Shown here: positions 33,595-41,756 of the stretch, in pieces
Layout: every line of letters begins with the position of its first letter
Position numbering within the stretch: position 1 is the stretch's first letter
Source: Octopus bimaculoides
Taxonomy: Eukaryota
Assembly: GCF_001194135.2 (NCBI RefSeq)
Contig: NC_068995.1
Coordinates: forward strand, 411,920-453,675
Length of the DNA: 41,756 bases
Direction: 5' to 3'
Made by a program: the position numbers and the translations under genes
Notes under the pieces: generated by a model
The model's input: only the letters and a program-made list of their open reading frames with translations
Databases searched by the model: none
What the model was told of the DNA's origin: nothing

Positions 33595-36371
33595 GTGAGT
33601 ATGTATAAAACTTTTACCTATGTCACTACCACCATCCCCCATGTCCTCCCCACTACCAGTGGTCTGCCTCCGATGACAGCTGACCACTTAGTATCCTATA
33701 ACACCTTTAAACACTTCGCCCTTGAAGGCAGATGACCACCTTTAAACCACCCCCGCCATCTCACCATCTCCGCCCACTCACAAACAGATAACAGATGACC
33801 ATTACTACCACCGCCACCATCATAAGCAGCACACCCATCACCACCTCCGTCATCACTAACGCCATCCATCTACTCTCGACGACAGCACAGCCTATCATCA
33901 GCACTGACCGTTGGTCAATAGACGCATAAATCAATTGAGGGTGAAGCTGGAGTTGGGGCTGGGAGGGGTGGCGGTTTGCGTTAACCAAAGGTGTTGAAGG
34001 AACTAATGGCAAAAGAAAAAACAAAAACAAATATATAATAACTGACCAGTTAAGCCACTCGACATAAATGTAGATCTAAAGTCCGGCAGCATATATAAGA
34101 TAAGGTGTTCTAATCTGGTCACTTCCAGCCAGCTGCCAGGCCTCAGGCCTCCACAGTAGTAATAGTTGTAGTAGTGGGGGTAATGTTGTTAGTAGTAGTA
34201 GTAGTAGTAGTAGCTGCTGCCGACTAGCCGCTGGTCAAGTGTTTCTTATTCTTTTGTACAGTCTGCTTTACTCCTCCCCCTATACCACTCTCACCCACAT
34301 CCCCAGTCATACAAAAGTGGGAGATAGATCAAAAGGAGTAAAAAAAAAAAAAAAATGAATTCTGAACGAGATTCACTTTCGAAATTTAATTTATATCTTT
34401 GTCCACTTGACCACCGCCCGTCTTTATGTCCCACCCCAACTATCCGCTACCCAGTACTCGGCTATGCGCTTTTCCCCTTACAATTCTTGCTAATCCGGCT
34501 CTTTAGATTGGTGCTATTTTGCCGAATGGACGAAGGACAAAGGTAACCTCGGCAAGAATTGAACTCAGAGACTCGAAACAAATATAATGATTGTAAGATT
34601 CTTCATGTTCTGTATTCAAATCCTTCCTTGAGCGGCAAACTTAATCCGTTGCCTAGTTTAATAAACCACCAACTAGAACTCTGGGTACCTTTAACCAGTT
34701 CCACTCTGTTCCAATGCTTCGAGCCAGGTTTCCGATTTGAGTATGCCTTACCACTCTCGCTCCCTTTAGAGTGAGACTATGTATCGAGTGACACGGGGGG
34801 GGGGGGCCTTTCCTTTCGACGAAAAGGTAAGTAAACAAAAGAAGAAGAAAAATACACAAAACGTTTGGGTCGGCAAATGGTCGTTTGAGAAGGAATGAAA
34901 TTTACAAAATAAAAATTGATGGTGTTGATTGTTAATAGTGTAGAATAGAATGTGAAGGAGGAGGAGGAGGAGGATAACGATGATGATGATGGTGAAGAAG
35001 AAGAAGAAGAAGAAGAAGAAGAATCAGTCGAAGAATGAAAAAACATAATGTTCTATTGAAAACTACCCCATAATTTTCATATGAAGTGTGGACAAGAGTT
35101 TTGAAGTTAAAAGATGTGTGGGTGGATGTGGGTAGGTATTGTGGTTTAGGGGTGGTGGTGGTGTAACCAAACAGGTAGTGGTCCCTTTCTGGACGGTTGG
35201 CGCCGCTCAACCATGGCTTACCTCAGCTTTGTCGGTTTGTTTAATGGGCGGGACGAATGGAGCGTCTCGTCTTGAACGTCTCTTTCATATGGAACAGACA
35301 TTCGGCGGTGATTAATGTATCAATGCACCGCCGCATCCAACTGGAAAACACACATACACACACACACTGATATATATATNNNNNNNNNNNNNNNNNNNNN
35401 NNNNNNNNNNNNNNNNNNNNNNNNNNNNNNNNNNNNNNNNNNNNNNNNNNNNNNNNNNNNNNNNNNNNNNNNNNNNNNNNNNNNNNNNNNNNNNNNNNNN
35501 NNNNNNNNNNNNNNNNNNNNNNNNNNNNNNNNNNNNNNNNNNNNNNNNNNNNNNNNNNNNNNNNNNNNNNNNNNNNNNNNNNNNNNNNNNNNNNNNNNNN
35601 NNNNNNNNNNNNNNNNNNNNNNNNNNNNNNNNNNNNNNNNNNNNNNNNNNNNNNNNNNNNNNNNNNNNNNNNNNNNNNNNNNNNNNNNNNNNNNNNNNNN
35701 NNNNNNNNNNNNNNNNNNNNATATATATATATATATACAAGTACATGCATGTGTATACATATATAAACACACCTACACCCACACACACCTATTTATCCAT
35801 CTGTCCACATATTCACACATACTTTTTATGCTTACGGATGTACGTATGTATATATGCATGTATGTATATACACACGCGCACGTGCACATACATGCTATTC
35901 ATACATCCATGCATACACACACACACACGCACGCACACACATACACACACGTGCATACATATATGCACATATACATCTAGATAATTTGATATATATTTCT
36001 CCGTATTTCCTTCGGCACAATATGCTCTGAGTTCAAATTTCACCAGGGCCAAACTTGAATTGAATTCTTCTGAGGTCGATGGTGCTGGGTATCACCCACC
36101 CGTCAACATTGATGACTGTGTCAAATTCGGGAAGTGTTACTGTTGACGGCGATCATGCTTTGGGAGAAAGGCATACAGGCCTTATATTGCCAGTAACCTG
36201 TCGACCAAAACAAAATCTTTGTCCCTGGTCCAGAAAGTATTTTCAGATAAACTTCTTTTACCAGGATGCTTCGCCAAATAATATCGCCTACATCGACATG
36301 AATTGCATTTATACATCAAACGTATTGTTAGAGTGGAAAATAGATGGACGAGATAGGAGTTATCTCTATTT

Positions 36372-36462
36372 GGTAGAAGATACTTGTCCAGGGTGCTGCG
36401 CAGTGGGACTGAACCCTGAACCATGTGGTTTGGAAGTAAACTTCTTACTACACAACCACGCC
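36372..36462 (-). mobile_element. SINE family A head fragment
   Basis: gtagaagatacttgtccagggtgctgcgcagtgggactgaaccctgaaccatgtggtttggaagtaaacttcttactacacaaccac. Confidence 0.8.
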
Positions 36463-37189
36463 GTCGCCTTTTGTTAGAATTATCATTGTTGATGCTGTTG
36501 TTGTTTATAATTATTGTTGATGTTGTAGTTGTCACGTTTGGTTTTTCTTTTTTTTTTGCTTATAATGTTGTTGATGTTATTGTTGGTGGATATTGTACGT
36601 TCCTTCTCTCTTTCTCTCTTCTTTTCTCTCTCTCTCTCTCTCACATTAACTCATCCTCTACCTCTTTCTCTCCCCACCTCTCCCTTCCTGATTGTCAATG
36701 AGTGAACCGTACCCTAATAAATCTATTATAAATCAACTTCTGACACCCACCCCTTCCCCCACTCCGCTCCATCAGCTGACCATCACGTGCCCTCTCCTCT
36801 CCTCCCCCCACCTTCCCGCGGTGCCTTTCTCCTACTCCGGCCACACTTCAGGCTGGCGCCATTCATTGGTCACGGTAGTGGGGAGAAGGCGAGGGGAATG
36901 ACGGAGGGCGGGAGGTAAGTCTGCTGTGTTCTATAAAATATCTTTTGTTGGTATTGTTGTTGATGTCGTTAAAGATTATCACCATCATCACCATCAGCAG
37001 CAACATCCACAAGTCATCGTCGTTTTCCTCCTCCTTCTCCTCATCATCATCATCGTCGTCGTCGACGTCGCTATCATCATCACCATCAATCATAATCACC
37101 TTTCAATGAGCCAGCAACGGTGCCTCCGAGTGTTTGCTTGCGCTGCTAAACATACAGAGGTGTGTGTGTGTGTGTGTGTGTGTGTGTTT

Positions 37190-37720
37190 ACACCATCAAC
37201 AGTTGCTTGGTTGCAGGCGGATCCTTGAAGGAGTCGAGAAAATCTCAGTCAGAATGTGCTTCAAACCAACAAAGCTGATGACCCTTCCACTGCAAAATGG
37301 ATGAAACAGTTTCGCTTGGCCTTGCCTGGCACTGGAATTCCAATTTATACAGAACAACTTGTCCGGAGCATGGAACCTGAAAGACACACATCGATTGGGC
37401 CACCAAAACTCTTGAGAACTGGCTTATTAAGGTTGATAAAACTTGATTGTCCGCTCCCTTCAAACTTTCGGTATACCAACATGCCATCATGCCCCAGATT
37501 TTGTCGCTCCTGACACTAAAAGATGTCAGCATCTCAGCTGTGAGAGGAAGATCTTCCTTGGATAGGAAGATCGGCAAAACCGGCTTACCAAAGAGCCCGA
37601 ACAGCATAGCTCTGTACGGGTCAATCAACACCTTATGATGCAACGCTTTCAGTGACCTCTCCGAGCAATTTGTTGAACAAGAGAAGCCATTAAGTACAGA
37701 GATTCCAGGGAGACCGTAGT
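37190..37720 (+). mobile_element. HERO-like RLE non-LTR retrotransposon, RT C-terminal/thumb fragment, decayed
   Basis: Mosaic of + frames: LGCRRILEGVEKISVRMCFKPTK...KQFRLALPGTGIPIYTEQLVRSM...ENWLIKVDKT*LSAPFKLSVYQHAIMPQIL...GLPKSPNSIALYGSINTL. This parallels the remembered HERO pattern RWILQGLE.LI.WARM.FKP.KSRSL...G..IP.I.EKPVKSLG...WL..VDK.GLPG.FK.W.YQHGILP...GLP.SLS.IALYG. Confidence 0.7.
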
Positions 37721-37721
37721 G

Positions 37722-37950
37722 GCACACTGCCTAAATACCAATCTTGAGAAATTAGGCTTCTTAAACCAAGAAAGGAGAAAGCTAATTCGAAGACTACAGA
37801 TCTGATCCATCACCGGAACTGTAAAAATCTGTAAAACTTTCCAGAAGTTTATTATTTAAAAATATATATGAGCATGTCTAGATATGCAACTACATGCATG
37901 ACAAGGCATGCATAAAACATACAAATCTGCACATGTATGCATACATACAT
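37722..37950 (+). mobile_element. 5'-truncated 3' end of a different RLE-type non-LTR element plus probable 3' UTR
   Basis: 37725-37859 translates HCLNTNLEKLGFLNQERRKLIRRLQI*SITGTVKICKTFQKFII*, resembling the terminal LQ...(L/T)GT.KI helix of R4/NeSL-type ORFs. It is followed by unique sequence and (TACA)n. Confidence 0.5.
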
Positions 37951-38609
37951 ACATACGTACATACATACATACGAACGTACATGCATAACCGATTCTTTCT
38001 CTTTTGGCAAGAAATCTAGAAATAAACTGAATAATGACAGACATACACACACATATCTGTATTGCGTGCGTGCGTGCGTGTGTGTATGTGTGAGAGAGAG
38101 AGATAGAGAGAGAAAGGGGGATCGAGAGATCATAAAATAACAAAAACAACTAAAACAGCTTCCAGAACTAAGGAGAAACATGGTTAGGAAAGAAGAGCCA
38201 ACCACCACCACCAGCAACAACAGGAACACGAAATACTAACGGAGGAGAATAAAAGTTAAGAATGGGTCTCTCTCACCTACCCGCCCCCTCTCTCTCTCTC
38301 TCTCTTTCTCTAGATAGATAGAGAGATAGATATAGAACCGGTGTATATATTTCAGGTAAATGAACAGTGTTAAATGAGGCGACTGCAAAGTAATGGTGTG
38401 GTCAGGCATGAGTGAAAGAGGGGACAAGATAAAACACACACTCGCGGGGTCAACCGGTTCGAAGTATTCTCTATCTCCTCTCTCTCATACCACACACCAT
38501 AAACACACACACACACACGCATACACACACATAGCTTCACAACTTACACACATGCACACATGCGCGCGCATGCGCGCGCATGCGCACACAAAAATATATG
38601 TTTGAAATA

Positions 38610-38867
38610 TCTATAAAACCGTCAAAAGCTTGTTTATTTTTATGTTTTTTTTATTTATTATTAGTGTTGCTTAATACATTTTGGTAAAATTGCTGTTTCT
38701 TAAAAGATATCATCAGAAAAAGGTAATTAAAATTCATTAAAATGACAGATCTATCGGACTTTCAAAGAGGTCAAATTGTTGGTGCTCGTATGGCAGGCGC
38801 TAGCATAATGAAAACAGCCAAAATGTTTGGTGTATCACGAAGTACTGTCTCGAAAGTAATGACAGCC
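38610..38867 (+). mobile_element. Tc1/mariner transposon 5' fragment (transposase N-terminal HTH)
   Basis: 38742-38867 translates MTDLSDFQRGQIVGARMAGASIMKTAKMFGVSRSTVSKVMTA, a typical Tc1-like paired-type HTH start (DLSDFQRGQIVGAR.AG.S....A...GVSR.TVSKV). The AT-rich leader upstream has an uncertain 5' boundary. No DDE domain follows. Confidence 0.8.
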
Positions 38868-39228
38868 TCTGCGATGTCCAATATCTGTGAGAACCAAATA
38901 AGCAAACAAACAGAATGAATTTTGAATCCAAAAATATTGTCGAAAGTGTCCTTCTTCCCCCCCCCCCTTTTTTTTTAATGGGAGTTATTTCTAGGAATAT
39001 ATGTAACCACGTAGGGAGAGTGGCCGGATATGAAGTGGTGGTGGGTGTGGGTGAAGTGAGATCCCGTCTCCATGTACGGCGCCCGAAAGTCCTCTGCGGT
39101 CATTTAAACCTGTTCAGTCTGTTCAATTGTGGACTTCCTTTCCATCTGTTTAAATCTCAGCTTCATTTCGACAATTGTCTATGGGTAAGTGTGTGCGCGT
39201 GCACGTGCCAGAATAATCGTGTTTGTGT

Positions 39229-39259
<31 letters not shown>

Positions 39260-39352
39260 ATAAAGAGAGAGAGAGAGAGAGGGAGAGAGGGGAGAGAGAG
39301 AGAAATAAGTAGGTAGATAGCTAGATATTTGCATATCCAACTATCTACATAT

Positions 39353-39387
<35 letters not shown>

Positions 39388-39494
39388 CATACATATAAAC
39401 ACACATATATGTGTGTGTGTAAGCATGTATGTATGTATGTATGTATGTATGTATGTATGTAGGTAGGTAGGTAGGTAGGTAGGTAGGTGTATAT

Positions 39495-39628
39495 AAGTCA
39501 ACTTTGCCTTTCATCCTTTCAGGGGTCGATAAAATAAATACCAGTTGCTTACTGGGTCGAGTGATCGATTTATCCGTCCACCGACATTGCTGGCCTTGTG
39601 TCAAAATTTGAAGCCGTTATTATTATTA
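39495..39628 (+). mobile_element. SINE family B, 3' half with (TTA)n tail
   Basis: aagtcaactttgcctttcatcctttcaggggtcgataaaataaataccag...gctggccttgtgtcaaaatttgaagccgttattattatta. Confidence 0.85.
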
Positions 39629-40667
39629 TGAAGAAAAAGAAGAAGAAGGCGTTAAATTGTTTGAATCGTAAGAGTTTTGGAAGCAATGCCTTGTGGTATT
39701 TGATCCAGTTTAGTATTTTTTCTTAATTTATTTGCTGTTTTATAACTTTATTGGTTCGTTTTTCTTTTCGTTATGCTATGTTCACAATATTGAATGTCCC
39801 AAAAAAAACGAAAAAAAAAATCTACGAAAAACTACAAATAAAAAACAAAAAACGGAAAGTAATCCACAAAACTACACAATAAAAATGACAAAGAAAGCAG
39901 GAAACAAAATGGCGGTAACAAAGTCAAGTTAACTTTTCTTATTGATTTGATTTGTATTTCTTTTTGTTTTGCTTTGGTTGTTCGTTGAAACTGTCAAGTT
40001 AAATGCGGGTTACAGTGTTGTTCTATCGCCAGCATGGTTATTTGGCCCTTCTTGCATATATTTTATTTTATTTTTAAAAGATGGAAGTTAATTTCTTGTC
40101 ACTGCAATTGTGTAATTGTATAATCGTGTCTGTAGAATTTGACAGGGTGATTTGTATAAATATTTTTGACACTTTCTTGTTTCATTGTCAGACAACATTT
40201 TAAGGGAGCCAACATATTTCAGTGGGGGCCAATATTTCGAATAATATAAAATAATACAACACAATCTTCAATGTAAAACCTCGACAATCAACATGGCGGC
40301 TCAGCGTGTCGTCCATTCAGCGTTTAAATGCATTCACACACACACACACGCACACACACATATATGCATATATAGATATACACACACACACATGCATACA
40401 TATACACGCATACATACAAATGTACTACGTACGTACATACATATATACATACATACGTACATACATACACACTCGTACTTATATGTCTGTGTAAATATAC
40501 ATACATACACACAGACATATATACACACGCACACACAGACAGTTATACAAATTACAGATGTATGCGTATGTATGCATATGTTTATGTTATATAAAGATAA
40601 ATAGATGGATAGAGAGATAGAGAGAGAGAGATGTATAAATGCATACATACATATATATTAGAGAGGA

Positions 40668-40677
40668 NNNNNNNNNN
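40668..40677. other. Assembly gap (one of eight: 1650-1659, 11879-12124, 12870-13531, 21646-21947, 22485-23109, 31453-32146, 35380-35720, 40668-40677)
   Basis: N runs, nearly all flanked by microsatellites or homopolymers. Confidence 0.99.
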
Positions 40678-41096
40678 ACATACATACACACAGACATATA
40701 TACACACGCACACACAGACAGTTATACAAATTACAGATGTATGCGTATGTATGCATATGTTTATGTTATATAAAGATAAATAGATGGATAGAGGGATAGA
40801 GAGAGAGAGATGTATAAATGCATACATACATATATATTAGAGAGGAAAGGCCAACAAAGACCAAGGCAGGACGAGTATCTCAAGCCATTTAGAATATTTA
40901 ATTAGAGTAAGGTGAATTTGAAGTAAATAATTAATTAATTAGTAAATTGATTACTTAATTATTGGATGCCTTACAGCTGTTTCTAGGATATTCCAAGTGA
41001 TTGGTTAACATCTCCATACACTGGGTATTTCGCCATCAGAGACAAGATAGTTAGGTAAGAAAGTTCTAGATAGGGAATTCACAGTTTATAAAGGGA

Positions 41097-41216
41097 TAAA
41101 ATAGTAGATCGAAGAATAAAGAGTAAAACAGTAGATCGAAGAATAAAGAGTAAAACAGTAGAGAGAAGAATAAAGAGTAAAACAGTAGAGAGAAGAATAA
41201 AGACAGAAGAATAAAG
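41097..41216. repeat. 27-bp minisatellite, about 4.4 copies
   Basis: Unit TAAAACAGTAGA(TC/GA)GAAGAATAAAGAG starting at 41097, 41124, 41151 and 41178, plus a partial unit. Confidence 0.95.
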
Positions 41217-41329
41217 TTCACAGATTGTCTTCTTCCCAGGCGGTATGGACGTTGGTCCATCCATACATACATCTATGTGTCTTGCAAACAACTGGCACCT
41301 GCAAGTGCCACCAGTCGAGAACTCCGAAT

Positions 41330-41666
41330 ACCGGAAGCCAGCAAGAAGGTCATCAGGAGAGACTGCGTGCTGTTTCGGAGCCTACAACTCGATGGCATCA
41401 TTGCGCACCGGCCCCCAATCACAGATATGAGACTCCGCTTGCTAGATCAACTGGTTATTAAATATAGCTCAATATTCTTCTAGCTATCGCTCATTGTCTC
41501 TTTTTAACCAAATCCAGTGGTTAGCCTTCTCCACTGTAGTTTGGATATCGGTCGTGGTGGCATTTACCTTACGATGAGTTAGGCCTAACGATAACAACAG
41601 TCGCTTCACACTGTGTTCAATAAATCCTCTACATCCGACTTCGATTGGAAAGTGCTCCACTTTCCA
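41330..41666 (-). mobile_element. HERO-like RLE non-LTR retrotransposon 3' end
   Basis: Minus strand 41666-41484: WKVEHFPIEVGCRGFIEHSVKRLLLSLGLTHRKVNATTTDIQTTVEKANHWIWLKRDNER*, matching the HERO C-terminus pattern W....P.EVGCRGF....L..LG......EKAS.W.W.KR. The presumed 3' UTR lies toward 41330 (boundary uncertain). Confidence 0.7.
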
Positions 41667-41676
41667 TCATTTTATC

Positions 41677-41756
41677 GGTGGCGAGCTGGCAGAATCGTTA
41701 GCACGCCGGGCATTTCGTCCGTCTTTATGTTCGGAGTTCAAATTCCGCCGAGGTAG
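41677..41756 (+). mobile_element. SINE family B head (internally deleted, runs off the window end)
   Basis: ggtggcgagctggcagaatcgttagcacgccggg|catttcgtccgtctttatgttcggagttcaaattccgccgagg. Confidence 0.85.

Noticed and set aside
33905-33917. TGACC-gtt-GGTCA, resembling an estrogen response element
   Set aside because: The half-sites are everted; a true ERE is GGTCAnnnTGACC.
36079-36350. Unique stretch whose minus strand reads QVTGNIRPVCLSPKA*...VDGWVIP, faintly like trypsin IRPVCLP...GWG
   Set aside because: The match is short, interrupted by stops and lacks catalytic motifs; it cannot be supported without a tblastn search.
9101-36920. Isolated consensus splice donors (AG|GTAAGT at 9106, 34827, 36915; CAG|GTGAGT at 13978)
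   Set aside because: Their number is near random expectation, and no matching coding exons or acceptors were identified.
37245-37727. 160-aa minus-strand ORF, at first suspected to be an L1/Tx1 zinc finger or a host exon
   Set aside because: The opposite strand matches HERO RT motifs much better; this ORF is its antisense shadow.
40499-40846. 169-bp direct duplication (40499-40667 and 40678-40846) with one substitution
   Set aside because: The copies flank a 10-N gap exactly, the typical signature of an unmerged contig overlap or haplotype; an assembly artefact.
41097-41216. Regular ~27-bp repeats as a possible CRISPR-like array
   Set aside because: The repeats are contiguous without unique spacers, the context is eukaryotic, and there are no cas genes.

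Overview
Eukaryotic, microsatellite-saturated, AT-rich draft-assembly DNA with 8 N-gaps (about 2.9 kb in total). The repeat landscape looks like an octopod cephalopod genome; this is inferred from SINE and microsatellite style and is not proven. The window holds one real protein-coding gene: an intronless neurogenin (Ngn/tap-family bHLH) ORF at 2816-5488 (+). At 890 aa it is about 3-4 times the size of vertebrate neurogenins because of poly-S/T/H/Q/D/N tracts. The ~36 kb downstream contains no other recognisable host gene. It holds three tRNA-headed SINE families (about 20 copies or fragments), decayed non-LTR retrotransposon pieces (RTE-like, R4/Dong-like, two HERO-like, and one further RLE-type 3' end), a Tc1/mariner transposase N-terminus, many microsatellites and a 27-bp minisatellite. 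Not explained by these features are a 64-nt near-perfect palindrome (30250-30313), a ~230-bp fold-back (29177-29407), a duplicated poly(A)-like cassette behind the gene, a telomeric G-quadruplex, a motif shared between the promoter region and a site 25 kb away, and several homotypic TF-motif clusters that may be neurogenin enhancers. Nearly all other ORFs in the track are microsatellite or N-gap artefacts. Family assignments were made by eye from remembered consensus motifs; no database search was run.
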